The notes beneath the pieces were generated by a model. The model saw nothing but the letters and a program-made list of their open reading frames with translations. It was not told the DNA's origin and ran no database searches. DNA of 63,195 bases, filler included, from Octopus bimaculoides (taxonomy: Eukaryota): assembly GCF_001194135.2 (NCBI RefSeq). It is 4 parts of 4 records of this genome, joined end to end, with 100 filler letters (N's around TTAATTAATTAA, not from the genome) between each part and the next. Parts side by side here need not be neighbours in the genome. Positions count along the whole stretch, not along the records: positions 1 to 16,193 come from NC_068988.1; positions 16,294 to 32,435 come from NC_068996.1; 2 more parts are not named here. The stretch is one strand, 5' to 3'. Of the stretch, positions 11,917-24,270 are shown one piece after another. The position numbers and the translations under genes are program-made. Positions within the stretch are counted from its first letter, which is position 1; the number at the start of each line of letters is the position of its first letter.

Positions 11917-12919
11917 ACTACAATATATATGTATTACTAGGGATAGAGAAAATATATATAGCAGACCATTATTCGCATTATTTGTATTTGAATTTAATGG
12001 TTCGCTGTTCTTATCGTGATGCAAATAAAATAAGTATCGACTATATATTTCTCTTCCTTTTCTTATATAAATATTTATAAATTAGACTGTTCATCCCTAT
12101 ATATTATGCAAATTCACTCAATATATCATTGATAATATCCGGTGATCTCTGGATTTCATAATCTCTAAAGAGGAAATTACATCCTCAAATTGACTATATA
12201 TATATTAGGGTTGACAGATTAATTTAATAAAATAAATATTCCAAAACGATGTCCAGTAGGGCTACTAACTTGAAACAGTAGCAATAAGAATTAATTACTC
12301 TCCTCATTTCTTTCTTATTCGCTTGATTCACTAGCTTCATTATAGTTAACATCAGCTGAAAATGTTTTGTTCTCCAAGTTTCATTTCTTAACTTTTAAAC
12401 ACTTTACAAGTAGACCCAACTCTCTATTGATTCTTAGTTTTATTTGGGCAAGTGTCTTCTACTACACCTCCGGTCTGACCAAAATACTATAAGTAGAAGT
12501 TGTATAAGGAAACTGAAAGTGACTCATCACGATAAATTACCTGCCTCTGGATACCTTCTAAAAAAGACGGTACCTACACAAGTAATCTCCAGGAGTGCCT
12601 TCGGATTTGATTATCCCCTGGTTGCTTAAACACTTCAGCCTATCCCTAGAATGTTTAAACAATCCTATCATATATATGTGTGTGTGTGTATAATCCAAGA
12701 GAGTTAGGGGTTGAGGATCCAACCCACTACGGGATAATATCTATCCAATATACTGCTGGGAGGGTACCCAATTATTGTTACACTAGTGTTATACCAAGTG
12801 CAATAAGTGGGTGCGGGTAAAAGGGTTTTTTTTACCCTAAATTTATATAGCAACAAGAAAATGGAGGGGAATATAAGGTACTCATCAACTTGCAGACACT
12901 GTACTCTGTTGATTAATCC

Positions 12920-13057
12920 ACCAAATCGATGTTGTCTTAACAGGTGTACCGTGTACAACGCGTCATGTGTCGAAGTGACCGCAGAGCAACGTGTGATGAA
13001 GTGTTTTGGACAAGAACACAACGTGCCAACCAGTCTAGGAACTGAAATCACGATCGC
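12920..13057 (-). mobile_element. tRNA-derived SINE relic (same family as 18745-18910)
   Basis: Shares CAGAGCAA..GATGAAGTGTTTTG..CAAGA..C..GTCT.GGAA.TGAAATCACGATC with the 18.8-kb copy. Confidence 0.55.
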
Positions 13058-13870
13058 TAAATATATTTATATAATCAAATGGTGCATCTTTTCAAGTACC
13101 TGATTCTGTTATCCTACGCTTGGGAAATTAAAAAAAATACTCGTTTGAAAGGGTTCAGTATCTTTTAAGTCCTCCTCATAACTACCATTCGTTCCTTTCT
13201 TTCCACCACCTTCCACCCCTCTCCATAAAAATACCCACATACCCCAATCAACCTTATCATTAGTCAAAATTGGTATACAACCCTCAGTTGAATATCCATT
13301 AATGTTATTTCGCCAGAAGAAATGAATGCATGAACATGATCTACCAGATGTTCATAGATATTACGGACTGCACTGTAATCATCTCAGGAATACGGACTGT
13401 GATGTTAAGAAGCATGAAATTTGTGGAAACGCGCGTAGCGATACATTAAAATGTTTATAAATTCCATCCAAGGATTATTATTGTTATTAGTACATTTATC
13501 CTACATTAAATCAGTGCAGCTAAATGCAACCCGAAAAGAAATGGTATCGTCAGTTGGCATCATTAGGCTGTAGGCGGCACAATAGGATAGGAGCTTTTAT
13601 TTGCGTATTCAAAACGTTTCCCATAAACAAACTTAAAGGATATATCTATAAATACACACACACACACACACACATAATAGAAACAGGTTTCAAAGAAAAA
13701 GGACTACACTTGGTATAAGTAGAGGAAAAGTAAAAAGAAACAACGAAAATGCACACTAGGTATAAAAGTAATGGCTTTTTTTCCTATAAAAAACAAAGGT
13801 ATATCCATACAAATTAATGATTTGACGTGGAATTAAGAAGTATAAAAATCATTATCATGAGCCAATATAG

Positions 13871-13911
13871 AAAGTCATACCGGGTTCGTCATCGCTGTCC
13901 TCTGACTTTGA
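13871..13911 (-). ncRNA. Degenerate minimal hammerhead motif, inverted copy
   Basis: Minus strand: UCAAAGUCA-GAGGACA-GCGAUGAC-GAACC-CG-GUA-UGACUUU; G3 and C8 retained, other core positions mutated. Confidence 0.5.
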
Positions 13912-13936
13912 GCCAACACCGTATCGTTGTTGATTC

Positions 13937-13975
13937 AAAGTCAGTGAAAACCGATAACGAAACCGGTATGACTTT
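13937..13975 (+). ncRNA. Degenerate minimal hammerhead motif in PLE pseudo-LTR (G3 variant)
   Basis: AAAGUCA-GUGAAAA-CCGAUAAC-GAAAC-CG-GUA-UGACUUU; perfect 7-bp helix I, intact GAAAC-CG-GUA, mutated 5' core. Confidence 0.6.
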
Positions 13976-14377
13976 CTATATTGGCTCATGATAATGATTT
14001 TTATACTTCTTAATTCCACGTCAAATCATTAATTTGTATAGATATACCTTTGTTTTTATAGGAAAAAAGCCATTAATTTTATACCTAGTGTCCATTTCCT
14101 TTGTTTCTCTTTACTTTTCCAATATATATATATATANNNNNNNNNNNNNNNNNNNNNNNNNNNNNNNNNNNNNNNNNNNNNNNNNNNNNNNNNNNNNNNN
14201 NNNNNNNNNNNNNNNNNNNNNNNNNNNNNNNNNNNNNNNNNNNNNNNNNNNNNNNNNNNNNNNNNNNNNNNNNNNNNNNNNNNNNNNNNNNNNNNNNNNN
14301 NNTATATATATGCATATATACACACATACATGTACATACTTACATATATATGTATATACACATGCATATATGAGTAC

Positions 14378-14585
14378 AGGACGTCAAAAAATCTAAACAA
14401 CATGAAATACAAAAACATGGAAAATGAACTTTTTTTGAACAACGAAAGAAACAAATAGAAAAACGAGACAGGCAACATAAAGAACATATATCCATCCATC
14501 AGTTGACCCCTGTTTTATCTACCCCGAATTTCGAGCGCTAGGACAAGATGCGTCTATGTCAAAACAGTTGCTCCCGCAAAGCAAA
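14378..14585. repeat. Dispersed direct repeat, copy 1 (copy 2 at ~15200-15415)
   Basis: GGACGTCAAAAAA...CATGAAATACAAAAACATGGAAAA...AACGAAAGAAACAAATAGAAAAACGAGAC.GGCAACATAAAGA...TGTTTTATCTAC.CCG..TTTCGAG..CTAG...CCCGCAAAGCAAA present in both. Confidence 0.85.
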
Positions 14586-15081
14586 TTAAATAAAGTTTGG
14601 GATTTTCGGAGGGCCAAATTTGGTAGCAAAAACAGGACAGTTAAAACAAACGTTAAGGGCTATTAAGCCATAAGAAGGTGAAGTGGTGAACGCAGGAGAA
14701 ACAAGCTTTGACAGGTGACAGACAAAAATTCGTGCTATCCCTTGCAGCTGAATGAGAAGAAAGAAAGAAATTCGCGTTACGTGAAGAAAGATGGCCGCTG
14801 GTCACGTGTGAGCAGCGAGAGAGTCAAGGAGGAAGAGTGAGAGAGAGAGATAGAGAGATAGAAAATGGTGAAGAGGGGAGGAAAAGAATTAGAGAAAGGG
14901 TGGGAGAGAAAAAGAATATAGAAAGAGAAAGAGAAAGAGGAATAGAGATAGTGATAGAATAGTGTCGCATCAGAATTATTAAGATAAAACTTACTTGGAA
15001 ATGGATGCGTGGCGTTCGATCATATAATGCTATAAATAATATATATATGTATATATACATACACACATACATACATACATA

Positions 15082-15129
<48 letters not shown>

Positions 15130-15146
15130 TACATACATGTACATAA

Positions 15147-15184
<38 letters not shown>

Positions 15185-15199
15185 ATGCATATGGATATA

Positions 15200-15420
15200 G
15201 GACGTCAAAAAACGTAAACAACATGCAAAACGGGAACATGAAATACAAAAACATGGAAAACGAACTTTTTTACGAACAACGAAAGAAACAAATAGAAAAA
15301 CGAGACCGGCAACATAAAGAGCAATCTCTTCATCAGATGTCCACTGTTTTATCTACTCCGCATTTCGAGTGTTAGTATAAGATACGTCTTCGTCAAAATA
15401 GTCGGTCCCGCAAAGCAAAA
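15200..15420. repeat. Dispersed direct repeat, copy 2
   Basis: Diverged copy of 14378-14585. Confidence 0.85.
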
Positions 15421-15438
15421 GAAGAGTATATAATTGTG

Positions 15439-15957
15439 AATAAATCATAATTATAACGGAGAAGGTTATAAAAACCTTTACATATCTAGAAATAGCAGTC
15501 AAAACCGTAATAAAGCGACTATAAACACTCATATTATATCTCTTCAGTAATAAAAGCTGTCGGCGAGCGACATAACATAGAAATTCAAAATTCAAATAAA
15601 AATAAAAGGTTACTCCTCTATTGCAATTTCGAAGTTAGGAACGAAGAATAGATCCATTCTTCTCGCCAGGAGAACATTCCTGTACATAGAAGCTAAGACA
15701 AAAAACATACCATGGGGCTTAACATGTGTCCCGAACGGCAACAATAATGTGTCAACGTCTATCTACACAATTCAAATTCTAAATTCAAACGTCATGCATA
15801 GCGTTTATAAGAAGAGACCATTAAACGAGCCACGGCGAAAAACTGGATATGAGGAGATATCATATGAGTGTTTATAGAGGCTTTACGGCGGTTTTGATCG
15901 CTATTTCTAGACATGTAAGGATTTTTATAACTCTCTCCGTTATAACTGTGATTTATT
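15439..15957. repeat. Diverged inverted repeat (arms ~15439-15545 / ~15851-15957, ~305-bp spacer)
   Basis: AATAAATCA..TTATAACGGAGA..GTTATAAAAA.CTT.ACAT.TCTAGAAATAGC..TCAAAACCG...AAAGC..CTATAAACACTCATAT.ATATCTC matches the reverse complement of the right arm. Confidence 0.85.
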
Positions 15958-16127
15958 TAAAATGATTCACTCTTCCTTCATGAAAAAATTTTTTGATTGC
16001 ATATTCTGGCCACTGATATATTCATGAATAATTTTGAATTGTTTACGATAAATCTTGCGTAATGTATTTTTACATTCATTCCTATTTTATATATATATAC
16101 ATATATATATATATATACATACATACG

Positions 16128-16193
<66 letters not shown>

Positions 16194-16237
16194 NNNNNNN
16201 NNNNNNNNNNNNNNNNNNNNNNNNNNNNNNNNNNNNN

Positions 16238-16249
16238 TTAATTAATTAA
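16238..16249. other. Assembly spacer TTAATTAATTAA inside an N gap (also 32480-32491, 42903-42914)
   Basis: Identical 12-mer with stops in all six frames, isolated between N runs three times. Confidence 0.9.
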
Positions 16250-18249
16250 NNNNNNNNNNNNNNNNNNNNNNNNNNNNNNNNNNNNNNNNNNNNACTTCAA
16301 AGTATTTCTTCCGCCTAGAATCACGTGTTCGATGAACGAGAACCCGAAAAAAAAAATGAGAAAAAAGAAAACGGAAATAAAAGAAAAACCTGAATTTTTG
16401 CTACAATACTCACCTGGTGGTAACCATCCGTTTATACCTCGCTGACCTGACAGGTTGTTCACACATCCACGTACGTATGTATGTATGTATATATATGTAT
16501 ATATGTATGCACGCTTGTATGTATGCATGTATGTATATATGTATGTATGTAGGTATAGATAGATATATAGATAGATAGAGTGATAGATAGATAGATAGAC
16601 ATACAGACATAAGTATGTACACACACACACACAGGTACACACATATACACGCATACATACATGATTTCATATTCAGCAAGACAGCTTGTAACATGCTGTT
16701 TAAAGCCCATCTACAGCATACATGATATGAACAGCAGTATGGAATTAAATGCCAGTGAACTTACTTATGGAATACTTTTACGTCCGTAGAGTTTATTTTA
16801 AAAGATTAGAGACAGAAAGATGTCTCCTATCTCTTAACATACATACATATATATGTTTTTAAGTGTGAGGTAACGATAAAAATACTGAGTTCAGTCCCAT
16901 TGCGTCGTGTCTTGGGCAAACATATTTTACTATAGTCTTGAGAAAGTGTGCACAAGCCTATCGATTGAACTCTAGATGTAGTTGAAAAGACCAACTTTGT
17001 TACACAATGTGTCATGCTGATCCTACTTCAGAATTACGCTAATGGTATTCGTGTCTGTGGAATACTCTGCCATTTCGCAATTAATATGTTGTTTGTGAGG
17101 GCGAGATACTGCTCCGCATAAAACTCTGACGAAAGGTTCCCGTTATTATCACAGCTTCCAACACACCGTTTGCTTTGTAGAACTTCTGATTAGTTGTCTG
17201 CTCTGATCGTCAATGTTCATGATATTGTCATTAGTTATGAAACGAGGTGTTTTCTGCAGTATCTGATGCTTGTGAAGTATGTTGGTGTATATACTTCAGT
17301 GTGAGGTAACGATAAAAATACTGAGTACAGTCCCATTGCGTCATGTCTTCTTTATGCTGTCTCAACAAATTAGCTGATATATATACAGTATATACAGACG
17401 ACGTGGTCTCGATATTGTCAAAATGCCTCCGTCGGGAGTTTTTCAAGTCAGAAGCAAATTCCTAATCATTCAAACATCTTCAAAAAAGTATTTTCAGGCA
17501 AGCCAGAACAGCGAAATGTGAAATCGATAGAATATTCTTGAAGGCTATCTTCTTGGAAGCGAGCGTCACCAAGAATATCGGTGCCAATATCCAGAAACTT
17601 CATGTGCAGTTTGGGTGTCGCATCAAATGGGCGAAATCCGACCGCTGTAACGATCATATTCAAGGAAATCAGCTTTAGTTCTTGTACACATTGTAATATA
17701 GGCATATACTTTTGCTTTGTTTAATAGATTATTTGCAGCTATTCAATCTCATTTCAGGATGCCGGTTGGCTACGGATAGCCAAGCAAGGGAAAAGCAAAG
17801 GAGCTTCTTTCTGTAGCTATATCGTTGTAGTGCAAGCAGTATTACCCTGAGGTGATCACGTCGTTTCTAAATTTGTTTTCTTAAAAAATTTCACGATTAA
17901 AGCTTCTTTAAAGTAAAAAAAGGGAACTTGTTCTCCCTCGCAGAGAAGGCTGTGCAACGGGGCAAGTAGTAATTATTCACTTTTTTTGAAAATCTCAATA
18001 GCAATGTCGCGCAGCCTTGGGAGACATAAAATTTCTTATATTTCTGATGGCCGTTGGAGTCTCGACAGGAGTTGGTCGAAATCCAGTTTCATATTTTTCG
18101 GTTTTGCTTGAATATTCAGCGTTCGTCGTCACTGAATGGACCAAATTAAGTAAGAGAACAGTGTGCCTCATAATCTGCCATTTTAAGTGACCCGTGTACT
18201 TTTTAACACAGAAGTCTCTTTGAGCTGTTTCTCTGAGACCCAAAGTTTT

Positions 18250-18428
18250 TTGGGGAGGGGCTAGTCGATTAGATCGACCCCAGTACGCAACTGGTACTTA
18301 ATTTATCGATCCGAATGGGATGAAAGGCAAAGCCATCCTTGGTGGAATTTGAACTCAGAACGTAAAGACAGACGACAAACCGTTAAGCATTTCGCCCGGC
18401 GTGCTAACGTTTCTGCCAGCTCGCTGCC
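18250..18428 (-). mobile_element. SINE family A (tRNA-derived, abundant), copy
   Basis: Reverse complement of GGCAGCGAGCTGGCAGAAACGTTAGCACGCCGGGCGAAATGCTT...GAGTTCAAATTCCACC.AGG...TTGCCTTTCATCC..TTCGG..TCGATAAATTAAGTACCAGTTGCGTACTGGGGTCGATC. Confidence 0.9.
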
Positions 18429-18515
18429 TTCTGAGACAAAATATTACAGCTAGTGACTTATCACGTTTGTATCCATGTTATATAAATCATTTTATTAATC
18501 CAGTACTTTTCATGT

Positions 18516-18583
<68 letters not shown>

Positions 18584-18744
18584 TACATAATATGTGTGTG
18601 TGTGTGTGTGTGTGTGTGCGGTGGACTCTCCTGTCGAAGACGTCGTATGAGAATTTAGCTTTTCCCGAACGACCTGCACATATGATTTGCTTATAGTGAT
18701 CAAATGTATGTGATGTACATTAGCTCATACCCTCCATTAAATCA

Positions 18745-18910
18745 ATGTTGTCTGAACTGGTGCCATGCATCAGGTGTCAAAGGGATCACAGAGCAAAGTA
18801 AGATGAAGTGTTTTGCTCAAGACTATCTCCCGGTCTGAGAATTGAAATCACGATCACTAGATCGTAAGTGCAACACCCTAACGCCCTAACCACTAAGCCA
18901 TGCGCCCTTA
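18745..18910 (-). mobile_element. tRNA-derived SINE with CORE-like segment
   Basis: Minus strand begins GGGCGCATGGCTTAGTGGTTAGGG (A box) ... GTGATTTCAATTCTC (B box-like), then TTGAGCAAAACACTTCATCTTACTTTGCTC. Confidence 0.65.
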
Positions 18911-19399
18911 CCATATCTATATATACATATAGTAACAGAAAGGTAGGAATTTCGATTAGCCCCACGTGGTGAGTTGTAATATATATAAAAAATTAAAGAA
19001 AGAAAATGCACACACTTTACATAATTTTAATACATATTTTAATACATTCTATTTGTCTTTGTCTACCGGTTTCGATTTCGCTCATCATGACATTAAAATT
19101 ATTTTAATTACGTATTTTTTTGTCCATGTTGTATGTAGTGTTTATGAATGGATGATTGAACAAGTAGAACAATCTAAGAGGAGGTAATTGGTGATCGTTA
19201 TAATCGTGGACACGGGAGATAATTGTTCATCTTCCGGTGGGTTGGAGGAGGAGAAATATACACAAAAATTCAAAAGCTAGAGTAGTGGGCAGAAATATGT
19301 ACAGTGATGGGTATGTAATCGTGAATTAAAATATGTATAGAGATCAAAGTTGGTTATGCGTGCATATTTAGACGTGTTTTGTATTTGTTAGAAGTCTCT

Positions 19400-19770
19400 C
19401 AGGCGATTTGTGTTGCTTTTTGCATTTGATGAATTTGTTTGTTTCCAGGATGTTGAAGATTTTGGGGTCTCTTGTTAGTAAATGAAGAATTTTGCACAAT
19501 AGTGTTGTACGTCTCATTGTTTCTAGGGTTGTGGGTTGATATAAACAGTAGTGTTGTAAGATGAGGTGTAGTGTTATGTCTTGTTGTCCTTAGTGTTTTT
19601 ATGTCTAATTTCTTGGCACGCTTAATTCCATCGTCTATAATTGAGGGTTGATATAGTCTTTCAGTTAGTGTTGTTCTGAGGTATTGAAGACGATATATCA
19701 ATCTATCTGTATACAAATAATTTAAAGAGTTAATATTTGTTATATACTTAAAACTGAAAGATATCATTTA
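19400..19770 (-). mobile_element. Penelope-like element fragment (post-RT region)
   Basis: Track 19399..19767: LRTTLTERLYQPSIIDDGIKRAKKLDIKTLR...FISTHNPRNNETYNTI, colinear with YPTSLINDGINGAKEVDIQTLK...PYISTHNPRNNEAFSII of the PLE at 45.8-46 kb. Confidence 0.8.
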
Positions 19771-19868
19771 AAGGGATTTGGTTAAGCATTTGTATAAAGA
19801 TTTCCATAAATAACATCATTCAAGTGAAGAAGTTGGTTAGTTCTGCTATGGTATATTAGAATCAGTAT

Positions 19869-20082
19869 GGCGGCGAGCTGCCAGAAACGTTAGCACACCG
19901 GGCGAAATACTTACCGGTATTTCATCTGTCGTTACGTGCTGAGTTCAAATTCCGCTGAGGTCGACTTTGCCTTTCATCCTTTCGGAGTCGATATATTAAG
20001 TACCAGTTGAGTTCTGTGGTTGAGCTAATCGACTAACCCCCTCTCACCAAAATTTCGGGCCTTATGCCTAGAGTAGAAAAGA
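19869..20082 (+). mobile_element. Full-length SINE family A copy with 16-bp target-site duplication
   Basis: TSD ATATTAGAATCAGTAT at 19853-19868 and 20083-20098. Confidence 0.95.
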
Positions 20083-20336
20083 ATATTAGAATCAGTATAC
20101 TCAAGACTACTTTTCCAATATTTTGTTACAATAGAATAATATTCTGCAGAAAATTTCATGTTAGAGTATTTTACGCTTGTTATATAGAAAATAAATAAGC
20201 TGCACCACAAACAATAAGAGAAGTTTCTTCGTGGTCTGTCAAGGCAGCCCAAAGCCTCTTTCTTGTTTCATTTCAATGTGTTGAAAGAAGAGGACTGTGC
20301 CTAAAATATGCATTATGCCTTAAATAAAAAAAAGAA

Positions 20337-20400
<64 letters not shown>

Positions 20401-21106
20401 AGAGAGAGGGAGAGAGAGAGAGACAGAGACAGAAGGCAGGGTGGGAGGGAGAGAGAGGAAGAGAAAGAGAGAGTGTGATTGGATGTTCACAGTGGAAATG
20501 ACTGTGATCTTAATGTCTGCTGAATCGTATAAACAATAATAGAAACAACAATAGCAGTAAGAGCAACAACAACAACAACAACAACGATGACGACAACAAC
20601 AATAACAACAACAACAACAACAATGCCAGCAATAACGAAAGCGAGAGCGACAATGGCGACGGCATCCTTAAATGGTAGCTGGACATAGTAAAATTATCAC
20701 TTTTAAATCTTCCCGTGGAATAAATACAAAGGGATGTATCAGTATATAATGTATTCCAAGATACATCATACATGAACAAAAAAAAAAAGAAGACAGTATC
20801 GTCATGTGTGGAACGCTTTTGGCATATATAATCCGCTCGATGAAAAATATAAGCTGTCGCTAAACAAGAACAAGAATAACCACTACACTATATTTCACTT
20901 TTCCTATACGCTGATGCAATAAATTGTAGCCTATTCCTAGTAAAGGGAACAAGAGATATAACCGAGGAAGTCCTTTTTGTGGTTGTCTCAGCAACAAGTA
21001 ATTTATGTGGCAAAATTGAACGCCCACCTGCATCTTATTTGAACTCGCAATACTTAAGATAGTTTAATTTTTGCTTCCCACCATCTCGGTCATTTTACTC
21101 TTACAA

Positions 21107-21443
21107 TCCATTAACTGTATATATAAAAGGCAGGATGTGAGTTTGTGTGTGTACGTGGATGTAATTTATGCTCGTCCACAAATTAGCACGCATGTCGCTC
21201 CAATTTTAGGGGGACATTCGTCATGACCTAGCTGTATTTTCGTCATCTTATTTCCCCCAGAGGCACCAGCGAATAGCAGTTAAAATAAATTTTCAATCAA
21301 AACTTTTAACAATTTTCAAGTCGGAGAAATCACCATTGTTTACGAACAGGAGTTAAGTCCCCTTTCTTAGAACAAGTAAGTTTTTGTTGATAAGCTTAAT
21401 AATCCCAACTTAATCCCGGGCAAAGCCGGGCTATAACTGCTAG
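21107..21443 (+). mobile_element. Non-autonomous Helitron-like element
   Basis: 5' A|TC...TATATATAAAAGGCAGGATGTG; 3' GC hairpin CCCGG-GCAAAG-CCGGG (21415-21430) followed by CTAG|T at 21440-21444. Confidence 0.75.
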
Positions 21444-22640
21444 TCTTGATTATACCTGAAGACTCCTGGTCTTCAAAACTCTAACAACAGAGACAACAAA
21501 AGCAACAAAACCATAAGGAACCCAGCGGTAGCTCCAGCAGCACGCAACAACAAAACTCTTGATGTGTGCTACACTGAAAAACAACAAATAAGAAAATAAA
21601 TGTAAAATAAAAAACAATAATAAAGATGAAAGAAAGATTTTGTTTTATTTATTTTTTTATTTAGTGTTCTTTAATATCATTAAACATTTTTTTACATGTA
21701 TTTATTTATCTTTATTTCTTTGCAACACAGGAAGACCGCGGATGTTTGCTTTACTGAGAGACTGTGTAATCAGCGGTCTGTGATCACAAGTGCAATGAGG
21801 CGAAAGACTGGCGTATTAACATCAACAGTTATATCTCACCTCCGGAACCTAACAATACTGGCGGTATTTATCAGATATCCTTTGAAGACAACTAGTGATC
21901 CCATAAACAAAAGTTGTCCGCAAAGTCGTGTTAAACCTGTTATTATGGTACCCCAATAGTCAGTAGCTATTTTCGTATGATAATTTACTCTACTCTTCCG
22001 TAAATTACATCCTGTGAAAAATAAAATTGGTTTAAAGTATTATTACGTATGAATGTAAGATATACGATAGTGTTGTGTAGACTATATTCTTCCCTTGTTT
22101 CTTGTAAAAATGGGTTATGAGATTATTGTCCCATTAACATTACCGTCACATATCTATAGCCTATATAATATATCACAGATGTCTGAATTCAGTTTCTATT
22201 TTTACACTGCCATAAAATATTTTAGAAATTTAAGTAAAACACAAAATTCCTGATCAACAAATTACATCTTTATTTCGTTAATCTTTCAGTGTGTAGTTAG
22301 TTTCTTTACATCACTTGTAGTTATCTTGTAGGAGAGACGAACACTACTACTCATATCATCTCACTGCTTATATTATTGGAATATGTGCTGTATATCTTTT
22401 TAATTTCCAGCGTATTTAGAGAAGACTAATGAACAAATTATAAGTGAGGCACAGTACATAGACCCTTGCTACGTAATCCAGTAGTACTAAATATATTGTA
22501 AATCTCGTAACATCTTCATCAGCTAAGTCTTCTAAGTTAGGTAACAAATAAATATAAATGAAAAAATAAAGTTATAGTTTTGGAGTTGTCGACTTTCTAC
22601 CTATATTTGTGACATGTACTTGTGATTGTTTGGATAATAG

Positions 22641-23028
22641 TTGTTGTTGGCACTCCGTCGCTTACGACGTCGAGGGTTCCAGTTGATCCGATCAACGGAA
22701 CAGCCTGCTCGTGAAATTAACGTGCAAGTGGCTGAGCACTCCACAGACACGTGTACCCTTAACGTAGTTCTCGGGGATATTCAGCGTGGCACAAAATGTG
22801 ACGAAGCTGGCCCTTTGAATTACAGGCACAACAGAAACAGGAAGTAAGAGTGAGAGAAAGTTGTGGTGAAAGAGCACAGCAGGGTTCGCCACCATCCCCT
22901 GCTGGAGCCACGTGGAGCTTTAGGTGTTTTCGCTCAATAAACACACACAACGCCCGGTCTGCGAATCGAAACCGCGATCCTATGACCGCGAGTCCGCTGC
23001 CCTAACCATTGGGTCATTGCGCCCCCAC
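22641..23028 (-). mobile_element. Full-length SINE family B (tRNA-Arg-like head, ~388 bp) with 11-bp TSD
   Basis: Minus strand starts GGGGCGCAATGACCCAATGGTTAGGGCAGCGGACTCGCGGTCATAGGATCGCGGTTTCGATTC and ends in an AAC tail; TSD TTGGATAATAG at 22630-22640 and 23029-23039. Confidence 0.9.
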
Positions 23029-23719
23029 TTGGATAATAGAATAGGCTTGTTAATGTTTTCTTAAAGCATTCTATTTGCTTCTGATCGGACAAACTATGCA
23101 ACATATGATTTAAATTTATGAAATTCCCTCATTACTGCTTGAAAATCTACCTAGAATCTAGAGAAGACTGAATGGATAGATATTTAACAAAGTTCGACAG
23201 TAAACGTCATTTCCGATTGAAGACCATCGAGTTATATTTTCACAAACTAATATATTTTAGTAAATGAACGTCAAGAATTACGTCCGTACAGCAGTTTGGT
23301 CCTACTAAAAACACATTTGATTGAGCGAATTGTCTGTCTTTTAGTTTAATTCCTTGTTTGGAATAACTTAAATTTCATAAAGTTCCGTATATATCATCCA
23401 TATTTACGGTGAGCCACCGATTAGCGCTACTAACCCAGTAACTAATCAATATAATGTTTAGTCAACAATTTTACATTACGTATAATTGAGTAAGAGAGAA
23501 ACTTTTCCGCAATTAACCGTATCAATAAACCTTTTAGAGAAGGATGTGAAATTTTAAGTTAACGGTACAGTCCTTTAACAAAAAATACAAACGTTATTAT
23601 AGTTGTTGGCCGATTTCCCAAATATTTTCTTTGCTGACGAAAGAGTAGATATCCCAATACTGATAATGGCTATAAGGTTTTTTAAACACTATAGGAGTGA
23701 CAGTACTATTTATATGTAT

Positions 23720-23832
23720 ATGTTAAATAAAATGAGACAACAAAGCCAGGGCTGTGTGGAATTTTCAGGACATTTATACATGTCTGAAAATTCTACACAC
23801 CCTTGGCCTTGTTGTCTCATTCTATTTAACAT
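23720..23832. repeat. Long imperfect hairpin/palindrome (~54-bp arms, 6-nt loop)
   Basis: ATGTTAAATAAAATGAGACAACAAAGCCAGGGCTGTGTGGAATTTTCAGGACAT-ttatac-ATGTCTGAAAATTCTACACACCCTTGGCCTTGTTGTCTCATTCTATTTAACAT. Confidence 0.9.
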
Positions 23833-24195
23833 TCCCGAACCGAGGGTTTAATTACGGCCCTTCCATAGCACTTTAGGTCTTCTGGACGCTAATACCTCTC
23901 ATATATATATATATATATATATANNNNNNNNNNNNNNNNNNNNNNNNNNNNNNNNNNNNNNNNNNNNNNNNNNNNNNNNNNNNNNNNNNNNNNNNNNNNN
24001 NNNNNNNNNNNNNNNNNNNNNNNNNNNNNNNNNNNNNNNNNNNNNNNNNNNNNNNNNNNNNNNNNNNNNNNNNNNNNNNNNNNNNNNNNNNNNNNNNNNN
24101 NNNNNNNNNNNNNNNNNNNNNNNNNNNNNNNNNNNNNNNNNNNNNNNNNNNNNNNNNNNNNNNNNNNNNNNNNNNNNNNNNNNNNNNNNNNNNNN

Positions 24196-24270
24196 GCAAA
24201 GACGCATATCAGAATGACGGGCAACTCGTTCAAGGAAAGGTATACACAACACCTGGCGTCGTTCTGAAGC
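24196..24270 (+). mobile_element. Penelope-like GIY-YIG endonuclease fragment
   Basis: AKTHIRMTGNSFKERYTQHLASF resembles the YIG.T...FK.RY..H..SF segment of PLE endonucleases; short and next to a gap. Confidence 0.55.

Larger units (their letters stand above)
13724..14120. mobile_element. Foldback made of two inverted Penelope-like pseudo-LTR copies (arms 13724-13911 / 13935-14120)
   Basis: ~187-bp arms are reverse complements with a ~23-bp spacer. Spacer plus right arm align with the 3' terminus of the PLE at 46683-46890 (CCAACACCGT...TTCAAAG.CAGTGA...GGTATGACTTT...ATAATGATTTTTATACTTC.TAATTCCAC.TCAAATCAT). Confidence 0.85.

Noticed and set aside
13400-13445. GAAACGCGCGTAG resembling a hammerhead 3' half
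   Set aside because: 5' core degraded (TTAAGAAG) and no convincing helix I.
16238-16249. Palindromic TTAATTAATTAA islands within N runs (also 32480, 42903)
   Set aside because: Six-frame-stop assembly spacer, not genomic sequence.
17400-18240. Coding-looking composition, possible transposon relic
   Set aside because: No recognisable motif in any frame; left unassigned.
21720-21960. GC-richer stretch after an acceptor-like site, considered as exon 2 of the esterase gene
   Set aside because: The phase-0 frame has stops within 9 codons and no frame resembles an esterase.
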